Positions 1-10,018 are shown, counted from the stretch's first letter. The stretch: 64,000 nt of DNA from a candidate division FCPU426 bacterium (GCA_963830915.1 CAWHOE010000006.1:128001-192000); one strand, 5' to 3'. Numbers and translations are program-made. Notes: a model not told the origin generated them from the letters alone.

Positions 1-476
1 GTGTTATGGTCCTGGCCCCGGTTCTCGTCCCAGCTTCCCGGCCTGGCGTCGTGATGGTTGAAGATACCTTTGATCAGATGCTTGTCATGGGGCCAAACCT
101 TCCGGTTCTCCTTGGGGGATTCCACCCAAACCTTGAGATGGTTCTCACCTTGAAGGGCGGAGGCCGCCATGAACTCGAAGGTCTGGAAATAGCCCTCGTG
201 CATCCCCAGCACATGGCCGTTCAACTCGGCCTTAAGGAAATAATCCGCTCCTTTGAAACGCAGGAAGGCCGTCTGGCCTTTCTGAAGGGTCGGCGCCAGG
301 AAATCCCGTTCATAAAGGGCTTTGCCCGCGAAATCCTCGCCTTGCAGGTACCAGTTGGAAGGCACCTCAATGGTACGGGTCTTGGCATTCCTTACGGGGA
401 TGGAGCTTTTGTCCAGGGTCGAGAGGGTCTGACGGGTGAACTTCCATTTGCCGTCCAGGGAGAGGGATTGGGTCAC
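1..476 (-). CDS. Glycoside hydrolase family 2 (beta-mannosidase/beta-galactosidase-like), N-terminal part; runs off the window start
   Basis: Not in the ORF track. Manual translation from GTG at 476 gives [13 protein letters not shown]...[10 protein letters not shown]...LRFKGADY...[18 protein letters not shown], typical of the GH2 N-terminal sugar-binding domain. The start overlaps the upstream stop (GTGA). Confidence 0.75.
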   Translation of the reverse strand, partial: MTQSLSLDGKWKFTRQTLSTLDKSSIPVRNAKTRTIEVPSNWYLQGEDFAGKALYERDFLAPTLQKGQTAFLRFKGADYFLKAELNGHVLGMHEGYFQTFEFMAASALQGENHLKVWVESPKENRKVWPHDKHLIKGIFNHHDARPGSWDENRGQDHN

Positions 477-631
477 GGAATTTTCCTTTCATTTGGGGTG
501 GCCGGTTGTCCGGCCAGTGGCGCCCGAGGCGCTTCGAATATCTTGCGGTAAGCCGTCACCGCCAGGCCGAAGACCAGCAAGAAGAAGATGAAACCCAGGA
601 CCTTTTTTTCCTGGGAGGTTAGCAGGATCAC
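473..631 (-). CDS. Small single-pass membrane protein
   Basis: GTG start with GGAAAAGG upstream; [25 protein letters not shown] is one hydrophobic helix; stop is coupled to the GH2 start. Confidence 0.5.
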   Translation of the reverse strand: MILLTSQEKKVLGFIFFLLVFGLAVTAYRKIFEAPRAPLAGQPATPNERKIP

Positions 632-829
632 GGTCGGCCTTTTCCATGATAAGGTTCGGCTTTCCAATGACTCGGAAAGCCTCTGGAAGCCGCTCATTAT
701 ATCGAAAAGAAGGGTGGATTGAGGCGTTTCTTGGCCTCTTGTCCAGAAGGATAAAAAGGGTTTTAATGGGCAACTCGAACGGCCCGATCCGACCGTCTAT
801 ATAAGGAGCTTTCTATTCCTGGGAAACCC

Positions 830-1420
830 ATGACTGACCAAGAGATCATCCAACAAATCCTATCGGGCCAGACCGAGGCCTATGGCGAATTGATACGCCA
901 GTATAATAAGAAGGTCGTGGGCTATTGCTTGTCCATGCTCTCCAACCAAACGGAGGCCCAGGAAGCGGCCCAGGATATCTTCGTGAAGGCGTACCATTCC
1001 CTGCGTAAATTCAAAGGAAACTCCTCCTTTTCCACTTGGCTCTACCGAATCACCACCAACCATTGCCTGGATATCCTGCGCAAGCGGACTAGACGCAAAA
1101 CCGTCTCCCTGGACGCCCTGGTGGAAGCGGAGGGGGACCATATCGAAAGGTTGTTCGCGGTCGAATCCACCGCCGCCTCTCCCCTGGAGAACCGGGACCT
1201 GATCCAAAAGATCCTGGCCACTTTGCCCGAGGATTACCGGACCATCCTGACCCTCCGGGAAGCCGATGGTCTGGAATACCAGGAAATCGCCGATGTTATG
1301 GACTGTTCCCTGGACGCGGTGAAGGGTCGTTTGTCGAGGGCCCGGAAGCAATTACAGGAACATTTACGGCACTTTCTTAAAAGAACTGACGTCTATACTA
1401 TCGAAGGAGAAAAACCATGA
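830..1420 (+). CDS. ECF-type RNA polymerase sigma-70 factor (RpoE/SigW-like)
   Basis: Region 2 motifs AQDIFVKAY and FSTWLYRITTNHCLD; region 4 motif LEYQEIADVMDCSLDAVKGRLSRAR. Confidence 0.93.
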   Translation: MTDQEIIQQILSGQTEAYGELIRQYNKKVVGYCLSMLSNQTEAQEAAQDIFVKAYHSLRKFKGNSSFSTWLYRITTNHCLDILRKRTRRKTVSLDALVEAEGDHIERLFAVESTAASPLENRDLIQKILATLPEDYRTILTLREADGLEYQEIADVMDCSLDAVKGRLSRARKQLQEHLRHFLKRTDVYTIEGEKP

Positions 1421-1881
1421 GGCATGAGGAAATAAAGGAAAAGCTCTTCGCCCTTTACGACGGCCCCTTGACCGAAAAGGAAAGGGTCCTGTTAGAGGGT
1501 CATTTACCCGTTTGCGCCGAATGCCGTCAGTCCATCGGCGAATGGAAGACCCTGTCCCGAACCCTTTTCGCCCGGCCCACTCCCTCGGAAGCCTCAGAAG
1601 ACATCTTCGTCTCGAGGATCATAGCCCGCTTGGAACCCTCCCCGGCGGGCTTCATGGTCCCTTTCTGGGAAAAACCCCTGGGTTGGTTGGTGCCTCTCGT
1701 GGGCTCGGCCGCCATAGCGGCTTGGGTTTTCTTCTCGGTCCTGCCGAGCATGAACGGACTTTCGTCCTCCCCCACCATCGAGACGGCTTTCTCGTCCGAC
1801 ACCTCTTATTCTTCTTCCTCGACCGAAAGCGGGGTCATGTTCGCTTCCTATTCACCTTCCACTTACGACATCGCGCCCTAA
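1417..1881 (+). CDS. Zinc-finger (zf-HC2) membrane anti-sigma factor
   Basis: HLPVCAEC (HxxxCxxC) motif, one TM helix, overlaps the sigma stop codon (ATGA). Confidence 0.85.
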   Translation: MRHEEIKEKLFALYDGPLTEKERVLLEGHLPVCAECRQSIGEWKTLSRTLFARPTPSEASEDIFVSRIIARLEPSPAGFMVPFWEKPLGWLVPLVGSAAIAAWVFFSVLPSMNGLSSSPTIETAFSSDTSYSSSSTESGVMFASYSPSTYDIAP

Positions 1882-1893
1882 AGGAGACAGAAA

Positions 1894-2316
1894 ATGAAGC
1901 CCTGGCTTAAGACAACTTTTATTTTTCTCATCGGTTTTTTCCTGGGGGTGGCCGCCACCGGGCTGATCTTCCCCCGCGTTTTCCATCCCCATCATCCGCC
2001 GGGAGCGGCTGACGCCGACCGCATCCTGAAGCGCCTCAGTTCCGAGCTGGGGTTGACCGCCGACCAAAAGGAAAAGGTCTCCGCTCTCTTGAAACAAGAA
2101 CTCCCCAAGGCGGATGCCTTGCGGGCTGACGGAGACGCCAAGTTCAAGGCCCTGCGGGAATCCTTCAACACCCAGTTGCGCGCCATCCTTAATCCGGAAC
2201 AGATCAAGAAACATGACGCCCTCATGGCCAAGTGGGCCAAACGGGACAAGGAGCCGAACTGCGGCCCTGTTCTGATGGGCACTCCCGATCCCGTGAAAAC
2301 GGTCACCGAAAAGTAA
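1894..2316 (+). CDS. Periplasmic Spy/CpxP/heavy-metal-sensor-like helical protein
   Basis: N-terminal hydrophobic helix, His-rich HPHHPP, LGLTADQ and ILNPEQ (LTxxQ-like) motifs; third gene of the ECF operon. Confidence 0.65.
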   Translation: MKPWLKTTFIFLIGFFLGVAATGLIFPRVFHPHHPPGAADADRILKRLSSELGLTADQKEKVSALLKQELPKADALRADGDAKFKALRESFNTQLRAILNPEQIKKHDALMAKWAKRDKEPNCGPVLMGTPDPVKTVTEK

Positions 2317-2343
2317 CTCGACAATCTCTCATTTAACGATTCA

Positions 2344-2378
2344 AGGCTTTAGGACTCAAGCTCTTAAAGCCTTTTTGT
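2344..2378 (+). terminator. Probable intrinsic terminator of the ECF operon
   Basis: AAGGCTTTAGGA...TCTTAAAGCCTT stem followed by a T-run. Confidence 0.5.
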
Positions 2379-2494
2379 ATAGTGAGGTTTTTACATCGGT
2401 CAGGATTGAATCCGATCCAACAATGACCATAATGTCTTTGAATTATTAGCCGTTGGGCATGAACTTACTTTCTTTTTATTAAGGAGATACTCAT

Positions 2495-3865
2495 TTGACT
2501 CGCCATTCCATTTTCCCGATCTTCTCCGCCGGACTTTTGGTCGTCATTCTCTCGGGTTGCGCCGAAGCCCCAGTCAAAGTGGGCGAAGGTAAGATCGAGC
2601 CGACCTTGCGTCAGGTGACAGGCTTGTCGGAGAACGCGGCCGATGCCGCGGCCCAGAAAGCCCAGATGAACTTATGGGATGTATACGCCTTGGCGGTCAA
2701 ACGCACTGAGACCCTTGCATCCGGCGCGGAGAACGTGGAACAGGCCAAGGCCCAGAACCGACAAGCAATCGGAGCCTGGCTTCCCCAGATCTATTTGAGC
2801 GACACCTTTTCCAGGCAATCCAGCGACTATATCGTAGGCGCTCCCTTGACCACTCCTCCTCTCGATAATTCCTTGTCTCTCTCGGGGGCGGAAACGCTCC
2901 TGGGGGGACTGAATCAGGTAGCCGCGATACAAGGAGCGGGAGCCAATATCGACCTCCAGAACTACAACCTTCAAAACCAGTCCCGACTGCTCTTACTCAA
3001 CACCGCCAACGCTTTTTACAACGTTTTGGCCCTGGAAGAGTCGGTGCAGGCCCTGCAGGCCTCCCAGGAACTGAACGAGAAAACCCTCGAGGTTGAAAAA
3101 CAATGGCAGAGGATGGGTCGCTCCCGCACCGCGGATGTTTCTAACACCCAGGCCCAGCTGATGCAGATCCTGGCCGACCTGGAAAGCGATAAGAACCAGC
3201 TGGTCCAGGCGAGGGAAACCCTGGCCACCCTGGCCAATATCAAACCGGACCAGGCCCTGGTCTCGGAGGAATCCTACGCCACCCCCACCTTCTCCCAGGA
3301 TCAGGCCGAATCCAAGGTCGAGGAAAGACCCGACGTGAAAGCGGCCATCTCCAATGTGGCTCTCGCTGACGCTTCCCTTTTACAAGCCCACGGAGAACAC
3401 CTACCGACCCTGGCGGTTCAAGGAACCTATTACCTTCAACGAGACGGAGGTAGCTCGACCCCTGACTGGAACGCCCAACTGGTGGCTTCTCTCCCCCTCT
3501 TTGAGGGCGGTCAGATCATCGCCCAGGAGGACCAGGCTGCCTCCAAAAAACGGCAAGCGGAGATGCAGTTGTCCCTGACCCACCGGTCCGCCCTGGACGA
3601 CATCCGGGAAGCCTACAAAAGCTTGTTGGAATCCATGGGCGAAACGGACGCTTATCAGAAGGCGGAGCAAGCCTATGAGCAGGCTTATCAGGACGTCATG
3701 CATGACTACAAACTGAACCTGACCACCAACCTGGAGTTGTTGCAGACCATGACGTCGCTGGAGAACACGAAGATCAGTTATATCAAGGCCAAGTACCAAA
3801 CCCTATACGATCAGGTTTGGCTGGGCGTGGCCACGGGCGCTTTGCCCAAAACGGTTGAAAAATAA
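2495..3865 (+). CDS. TolC-family outer membrane efflux lipoprotein
   Basis: TTG start after AAGGAG; lipobox ILSGC; two OEP-like repeats (IGAWLPQI; HLPTLAVQG...SLPLFEGG). Confidence 0.88.
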   Translation: MTRHSIFPIFSAGLLVVILSGCAEAPVKVGEGKIEPTLRQVTGLSENAADAAAQKAQMNLWDVYALAVKRTETLASGAENVEQAKAQNRQAIGAWLPQIYLSDTFSRQSSDYIVGAPLTTPPLDNSLSLSGAETLLGGLNQVAAIQGAGANIDLQNYNLQNQSRLLLLNTANAFYNVLALEESVQALQASQELNEKTLEVEKQWQRMGRSRTADVSNTQAQLMQILADLESDKNQLVQARETLATLANIKPDQALVSEESYATPTFSQDQAESKVEERPDVKAAISNVALADASLLQAHGEHLPTLAVQGTYYLQRDGGSSTPDWNAQLVASLPLFEGGQIIAQEDQAASKKRQAEMQLSLTHRSALDDIREAYKSLLESMGETDAYQKAEQAYEQAYQDVMHDYKLNLTTNLELLQTMTSLENTKISYIKAKYQTLYDQVWLGVATGALPKTVEK

Positions 3866-3969
3866 TTTTGAGTTCTAAGTGTTAAGTTTTGAGTTAATGA
3901 ATTTTTCCAAGGAATTGGTTTTTGGAAATTTCGTCGCAACTCAAAACTAAGAACTCATAACTCAGAACT
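3866..3969. repeat. Intergenic inverted repeat built from 7-nt tandem units
   Basis: Left arm TTTTGAG TTCTAAG TGTTAAG TTTTGAG; right arm AACTCAA AACTAAG AACTCAT AACTCAG. Confidence 0.7.
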
Positions 3970-3979
3970 GGAGTTGAAA

Positions 3980-6900
3980 ATGACTTTATCCGACATCTCC
4001 ATACGCAACCCGGTGTTCGCCTGGATGCTCATGGCGGCCTTCATCATCTTCGGGCTCATCTGCTGGGCCAGGATGGGCGTTTCGAACCTTCCGGACGTGG
4101 ACTTCCCGGTCGTGAACGTTTCCATCACCCTGCCGAACGCTTCCCCCGAGGTCGTGGAATCGGACGTGGCCGACCCGGTCGAGCAGGCCGTTTTGGGCGC
4201 CCAGGGCGTCATCGATGTGCAGACCACCTGCACCCAGGGCAACGCCAATATCACTGTTTTCCTGGATCTGACCCGCAATGTGGACGCGGCGGTCCAGGAC
4301 GTCCAGACCCTGGTCTTCCAGGCCGAGAAACAACTGCCCACCAATATCTTCCCGCCTGTCATCCGCAAGCAGAACCCCAACGCCTCGCCCATCCTATGGC
4401 TGGCGGTCACGGCCGACCCGCCCCTGACCCTGCGCGACATGATGCTTTATTCCCGCGACCACATCCAGGACAAGTTCACCAGCCTCAACGGCGTTGCCAA
4501 TGTCTTTTTGGGCGGCTTCCTGAATCGTGAGATCAACCTTTGGATCGACAACAACAAGCTCAATGCCCGGCAATTGACGGCCAGCGACATCATCAACACC
4601 ATCCTGCACCAGCATCAGGAAACACCGGCCGGCGCCATGGAAACCTCCAATACCCAGTACGACATCCGGGTCATGGGCGAGGCTTATACCGTCCCTGATT
4701 TCGCCAATCTGCCCATCCTTACTCGCGGCGGTTCGCCTAATTACACCCTCACTCGCTTGAAGGACGTCGCCACCATCGAGGACGGGGTTGTGACCCCCAT
4801 CACCCGCCTTTCCCGTTTCGACAGCGTACCTGCCGTGGGATTAGGCATCGTCATGCAGGACGGTTTCAACGCCGTGGATGTAGGCAACGCGGCAAAGGCC
4901 CGCATGGAAGAAGTCAAGAAACTATTGCCCAAGGGTTACCATATTTCCCTCAATTTCGACACCACCAAGTTCATTCTGGATAACGTTCACGAATTGGAAT
5001 TGACCATCCTTCTGGCCACCTTCCTGACCGCCGGGGTCTGCTTTCTCTTCCTGGGTAGCTTCTCCTCCACCGTGAACATCTTCCTGGCCATCCCCACGTC
5101 CCTTTTCGGCACCTTCATGGTCATCAGTTTCTTCGGTTTCAACCTGAACACCTTCACGCTCATGGCCCTTTCCTTATCGATCGGTGTGGTGGTCGATGAC
5201 GCCATCATGGTGCTGGAAAATATCGTCCGACATCAGGAAAGGGGCGAGGACCAGGTCGAGGCCGCCCTGATAGGGGCCCGGGAGATCACCTTCGCCGCCA
5301 TGGCCACCTCCATCGCCATCGTGGCCATCTTTCTTCCCATCGCTTTCATGCAAGGCATCATCGGGAAGTTCTTTTTCCAGTTCGGGGTCACCCTCTCGGG
5401 CGCGGTCCTGATCTCCCTCTTGGAAGCCATCACCTTGACCCCCATGCGTTGTTCCGAATTCGTGCACGCCGCCGACGAACATGGCCGTTTCAACCAGTTT
5501 GTGAATGGTCAATTCGCTATGATCACCAAAGCCTATACGAACACACTGAAATGGAGCCTGGACCACCGCTGGACGGTCGTGTTGGTATCCGGCGCGATCT
5601 TTATTTCTTCCTTCGGCATGCTGAAACTCATCAAGATGGATTTCAACCCAGCGACCGACCAGAGCGCTTTCATTGTCAACATGAAATTGCCGGTCGATTA
5701 CTCCCTGGAACGCACCGACCAGATCGTCCGCCAATGCGAGGACATCCTCAAGCAAAAGGGCGAGGTCAAGCATCTTTACTCAGCCATCGGGGGATTCGGC
5801 GGCACCACCCCCAACCAGGGCATCTTCTTCCTGACCATGAAGGACCCGGCGGACCGTCCCAAGGCGGACCTTGCGGATAAATTCGCTCCCGTAGGCCCCC
5901 TTGGCTTCATCACCAAGATCTGGCGCAAGACCACGCCTCAGGTGCTGACCGAGTTCGAGTTCATGGCCGTGGTTCGGAAGGCCCTCTCCAAGGTTTCCCC
6001 CGACCTTCAGGTTTTCTGCTTGGACCTGTCCCAAAGGGGTATGTCCACCGGCAAAGGTTACGCGGTGGAATTGATGGTCACGGGACCCGATTGGGACACC
6101 TTGGCTGATTGTGTGGTGAAGATACGCAAGGCCTTTCGGGCCAGTCCCAAACTGGCCAACGTGGACGATAACTTCCTGGATGGTCAGCCTGAGATCCGGG
6201 TCATCCCGGACCGGGTCAAGGCGGCCCAAATGGGCGTCAATATGGACGACCTGGGCAACGTCATCGGGGCCACCATCGGCGGTTATCAGTTCCAGGGGAC
6301 CTATTTCCATGAGGGCGGCCATGACAACCCCATCGCCATCCGGGTACCCATCGATCAGCGCAAAGGCATCAACTCGATCAACAGCATTTATGTGCGCAAC
6401 AACCGCGGTGAGGTGTTACCCATATCCGCCGTCGCCAAGCTGACCCAGGTGCCTTCCTACCAACAGATCTTCCGGGACAACCGACAACGGGCGGTCTACT
6501 TCACCGCCGGGGCCGGTACAGGAACTTCCCAACAGGAAGCGGTCCAGGAGGCGGTCAACATATGCAAGAGCATCCTTCCCCAGGGTTATAACGTCCAATT
6601 GACCGGCTCGGCCCAGGCCAACGCCGACTCCATGAAACAGTTGATGTTCGTTATGTTCATGGGGATCCTGGTGGCCTACATGGTCCTGGCCAGCCAGTTC
6701 AATAGCTTCCTCCACCCCATCATCATCCTGATGGCCCTGCCCTTCTCGGTGACCGGCGCCTTCTTCTCGCTGTGGTTCTTCGGCCAAAGCTTGGGGATCT
6801 ACAGCATCATCGGTATCATCCTGTTGATGGGACTGGTGAAGAAGAATTCCATCATGCTGGTGGACTTCACCAATCAGCGCCGCCGTAAAGGGATGAACGT

Positions 6901-7207
6901 GCATGATGCCCTGATGGACGCCTGCCCGGTGCGTTTGAGGCCTATCCTGATGACTTCCTCGGCGACGGTCGCGGGGGCCTTGCCAGCCGCCCTGGCCTGG
7001 GGGCCTGGCGCCGAACTCCGGCAGCCCATGTCGCTGGCCATCATCGGGGGTATCATTTTCTCGACGATGTTGACCCTGGTCGTGGTGCCCTGCGCCTACA
7101 GCCTTATGTCGAATCTGGAACGCCGCAAGGCCCATCACGCGGCGGGCATCGGCCAAGGCCATCATGCCCCGCACCCCAAGTCGGCCAGGCCGGCTAAAAA
7201 GAAATAA
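3980..7207 (+). CDS. RND efflux transporter permease (AcrB/AcrD/AcrF family)
   Basis: LSDISIRNPVFA, LPDVDFPVV, GVVVDDAIMVLENI, GLVKKNSIMLVDF and RLRPILMT motifs; ~1075 aa; ATG 3980 follows GGAG. Confidence 0.95.
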   Translation: MTLSDISIRNPVFAWMLMAAFIIFGLICWARMGVSNLPDVDFPVVNVSITLPNASPEVVESDVADPVEQAVLGAQGVIDVQTTCTQGNANITVFLDLTRNVDAAVQDVQTLVFQAEKQLPTNIFPPVIRKQNPNASPILWLAVTADPPLTLRDMMLYSRDHIQDKFTSLNGVANVFLGGFLNREINLWIDNNKLNARQLTASDIINTILHQHQETPAGAMETSNTQYDIRVMGEAYTVPDFANLPILTRGGSPNYTLTRLKDVATIEDGVVTPITRLSRFDSVPAVGLGIVMQDGFNAVDVGNAAKARMEEVKKLLPKGYHISLNFDTTKFILDNVHELELTILLATFLTAGVCFLFLGSFSSTVNIFLAIPTSLFGTFMVISFFGFNLNTFTLMALSLSIGVVVDDAIMVLENIVRHQERGEDQVEAALIGAREITFAAMATSIAIVAIFLPIAFMQGIIGKFFFQFGVTLSGAVLISLLEAITLTPMRCSEFVHAADEHGRFNQFVNGQFAMITKAYTNTLKWSLDHRWTVVLVSGAIFISSFGMLKLIKMDFNPATDQSAFIVNMKLPVDYSLERTDQIVRQCEDILKQKGEVKHLYSAIGGFGGTTPNQGIFFLTMKDPADRPKADLADKFAPVGPLGFITKIWRKTTPQVLTEFEFMAVVRKALSKVSPDLQVFCLDLSQRGMSTGKGYAVELMVTGPDWDTLADCVVKIRKAFRASPKLANVDDNFLDGQPEIRVIPDRVKAAQMGVNMDDLGNVIGATIGGYQFQGTYFHEGGHDNPIAIRVPIDQRKGINSINSIYVRNNRGEVLPISAVAKLTQVPSYQQIFRDNRQRAVYFTAGAGTGTSQQEAVQEAVNICKSILPQGYNVQLTGSAQANADSMKQLMFVMFMGILVAYMVLASQFNSFLHPIIILMALPFSVTGAFFSLWFFGQSLGIYSIIGIILLMGLVKKNSIMLVDFTNQRRRKGMNVHDALMDACPVRLRPILMTSSATVAGALPAALAWGPGAELRQPMSLAIIGGIIFSTMLTLVVVPCAYSLMSNLERRKAHHAAGIGQGHHAPHPKSARPAKKK

Positions 7208-7213
7208 ACGTTC

Positions 7214-7260
7214 AATAAAAAAAGGCCCTGTCCCTGAAGAGGAGCGGGGCCTTTTTTATT
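7214..7260. terminator. Bidirectional intrinsic terminator
   Basis: A-run, GGCCCTG...CGGGGCC stem, T-run between convergent genes. Confidence 0.75.
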
Positions 7261-7291
7261 TGCGCGCTATTTCCAGCAAAGAGTTCTTTTT

Positions 7292-8281
7292 TTATTCCTT
7301 CTTGTGGTTTTTCTTCTCCAGGATAAGGTTCAAATATTCCTCCCCGTTCGCTTTGTTGTGGTCCATTGTCCAATCATCGCAGTATTTGCAGGCGAGGGTT
7401 TCCAACCCTACCTTGGCCAACGATCGCTTGTATCCATCGGCCTTGTCCTTCAAACCCAAGCGGACGCTTATGTCGTAACAATTAGCCAGAGCGCAAAAAT
7501 CACCCGGATGGGACCCCTGGTATCCCTCGAAGAAAGCCAGTGACTGGGTAAGTTGGGTGTCGGTGGAATGAGCCATGTCACAAGCCTGGACATGATCCAG
7601 AAAGTCGTCGTTTTGCTCGACGAACCCCTTCCCATTCCATTCATAGGGCCGGCCGTAATAGATGCCGCATTCATCGCAATCGCTCACCAGGGCCCGTTGA
7701 TAATCCACGATATGGACCTTGCCCCCTTGTTGGGCCACCCTGGGTCCCAATCCATAACCCACGATGGTGGTCATCTTGGAGAAAACCCCGTTCTTTTGAA
7801 GGACATAAATGGACGTCATTTGTTTGTCGCCCGTGGATGAATAAAGGGCCAGTTGGTCCACTTTCGCTCCCGTGAGATCCGTCCCTTCGAAACCCTCGTA
7901 CTTCTTCCCTTCCACGACCTCCACTTGGATGAGCTTCCATTCTTCCTTATCCAGATGGAAATAAGCGAAACCGGCGCCAGCGTCCTCCACCAGCTGTTTC
8001 TCGTTGTTGTAGACCAAACCCTTGTCCCGGTAACCGGACAACCCGACGATGACATCGGTCTGGGGAATCCCGGTAAAATCATGATAGGCGATGCCTGAGA
8101 CGTTCCAGAAGAATTCCCGGTCCTTGGGATATTTTCGGTTAAGTTCGTCGATCATCTTGGAAAGGCTTATCTTCCCCTGGGCCACCAGGTTGGCCGCTGT
8201 GTCGTCCACCGCCCGCGCGGGACTGGTTCCCAACCCCAAGAGGATCATCAAGGCGGCAAGAATAAGACTGACTCGTTTCAT
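7292..8281 (-). CDS. Secreted hypothetical protein with FG-GAP-like segments and Cys pairs
   Basis: ATG 8281 with AGGAG; signal peptide MKRVSLILAALMILLGLG...ARA; DFTGIPQTDVIVG and DLTGAKVDQL segments; CDEC and CKYC. Confidence 0.7.
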   Translation of the reverse strand: MKRVSLILAALMILLGLGTSPARAVDDTAANLVAQGKISLSKMIDELNRKYPKDREFFWNVSGIAYHDFTGIPQTDVIVGLSGYRDKGLVYNNEKQLVEDAGAGFAYFHLDKEEWKLIQVEVVEGKKYEGFEGTDLTGAKVDQLALYSSTGDKQMTSIYVLQKNGVFSKMTTIVGYGLGPRVAQQGGKVHIVDYQRALVSDCDECGIYYGRPYEWNGKGFVEQNDDFLDHVQACDMAHSTDTQLTQSLAFFEGYQGSHPGDFCALANCYDISVRLGLKDKADGYKRSLAKVGLETLACKYCDDWTMDHNKANGEEYLNLILEKKNHKKE

Positions 8282-8460
8282 GAACGCTCCTAAAAGTTGG
8301 TTGGCGACAAACGGGATGATATTTAGACGCTTCAAGAACGGGAATGGGCCATTCCTTGGGGCAAAAAGGCACACGACCCTTGCTGGCTTTTCATGTCCAT
8401 TTCCCCTACCCACAGGGTAATATAAATACATTCTTTTTCCAACTTGATGGGAGGGAACCG

Positions 8461-9999
8461 CTGAACACTCGCACCCTGACCGCCATCCGGAGCCGTTATC
8501 CCCTGGCGCTTTTCCTTTTCCTTTACTTTTTGTTCGCCATCCTGACCTATCAGGATTATGGGTCGACCTTCGACGAGTCAGGGGTCTATACGAGGGGAGT
8601 CCTGCTGTTCCATTCCCTCACCCACGCCGATTGGACCAGGCTGGACCACAAGACCGTCCCGGACGATGGCCTGGTGGTTTATGACCATCTCTACAGTTGC
8701 CTGCTCTATTGTCTCAACTCTTCCTGCGACCTGGACCAATACCATCTGCTGAACCTTCTGTTCGGGGCACTGGTCTTCATCGCCATGTTCGAAGTGCTTT
8801 TATGGCGCTACCCAAAACCATGGCTTTGCCTATTGGGTCCCATCTTCCTCTTTTTCATCCCCCGTTTCATGGGCGACCTCCCGGCCAACCCTAAGGACAT
8901 GCCCTTCGCGGTCTTTTATTTCCTCGCCCTGGCCGCCATCCTTTACTACCACGGCCATCCCAAAACCTCCTGGTTCCGGCAAGGCCTGGTCCTGGGGTTA
9001 TTCTTCGGCCTAGCGGTCTGTTCCCGTCTATTAGGCCTTTCCTTGTTCCTGATCTACCCACTCTTCGTCCTGCATTTCTATTGGCATGGGGTCAAACACC
9101 GGGGCTTGAAAACTTTCAAACCTTTCGCCCAAAGGAACGGCATGATATGGTGCACGGCCTTGGCCGTGACGACCCTTCTAGTCCTGGCCACATGGCCCTA
9201 TTTGCGCGTCGACACCATCAGCCGTTTGACCGACCTATTGATCCTTTCCCGCCACTTTGCCTGGGTCAACCCGGTCCTTTTCATGGGGCGGGAGATCCTC
9301 AGCACCCAGCTTCCCTGGACCTATCTTTTCGTCTGGGTCCTGATCACCACTCCCCTTTTCATCCTGTCCTTCCTGGCCCTTTCCCTGACCCGCTTGCGGA
9401 AAACCTTCCAGAATCCCCTCTGGGTCCTCTTGGCCTCGACCCTGTCGATCCATTTCTTCCTTTACCTGACCCTTCGTCCAGTCCTTTACGACGGATTGAG
9501 GCACTATCTTTTCCTGCTCCCCATCCTGTCCGCCTGGGCCGCCATGACCGCCATCGAGTTCTTCACCGACAAGAAACCCCTCCTCCCCAAAAGAGTGGCG
9601 GGGGTTTTGGTGGCCTTGAACCTTTTATGGGTGATCGGCCAGATGGTCCTCCTCCATCCTTATGAATACATCTATTTCAATGAGACGGTGGGAGGCGTTA
9701 AGGGAACGGAAGGAAGGTTCGATAACGACTATTGGGGCGCCAGTTATAAGGAAGCCATGGTTTGGCTGAAGGGCAACGCTCCGACCGAAGGGACAGTGAA
9801 GGTCACCTGCAGCGGGAATCCTTACCAGTTGCTCGACTGCCTCGCGCCCAATATGAAATGGACCGACGAACTGAATGACGCCGACTACTACCTTTCCACG
9901 ACCAGGGACAATAAGGATAAATTGGCCGGTTCCGCCCCTGTGGTCCATGTGGTCCAACGGGAGGGCATTCCCCTTTGTTATGTGTTCAAGTTGAAATGA
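8461..9999 (+). CDS. GT-C fold membrane glycosyltransferase (ArnT/PMT, GT39-like); start uncertain
   Basis: Polytopic; DYGSTFDE first-loop acidic motif, NPKDMPF, LYDGLRHYLF, HPYEYIYFN, DYWGASY. The frame is open from 8344; the best RBS (GGAGG) precedes an in-frame CTG at 8461. Confidence 0.75.
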   Translation: MNTRTLTAIRSRYPLALFLFLYFLFAILTYQDYGSTFDESGVYTRGVLLFHSLTHADWTRLDHKTVPDDGLVVYDHLYSCLLYCLNSSCDLDQYHLLNLLFGALVFIAMFEVLLWRYPKPWLCLLGPIFLFFIPRFMGDLPANPKDMPFAVFYFLALAAILYYHGHPKTSWFRQGLVLGLFFGLAVCSRLLGLSLFLIYPLFVLHFYWHGVKHRGLKTFKPFAQRNGMIWCTALAVTTLLVLATWPYLRVDTISRLTDLLILSRHFAWVNPVLFMGREILSTQLPWTYLFVWVLITTPLFILSFLALSLTRLRKTFQNPLWVLLASTLSIHFFLYLTLRPVLYDGLRHYLFLLPILSAWAAMTAIEFFTDKKPLLPKRVAGVLVALNLLWVIGQMVLLHPYEYIYFNETVGGVKGTEGRFDNDYWGASYKEAMVWLKGNAPTEGTVKVTCSGNPYQLLDCLAPNMKWTDELNDADYYLSTTRDNKDKLAGSAPVVHVVQREGIPLCYVFKLK

Positions 10000-10018
10000 A
10001 AGGACCCGGAACCAAAGG

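Noticed and set aside
6..551. 181-aa plus-strand ORF
   Set aside because: Shadow of the minus-strand GH2 gene, which has clear family motifs.
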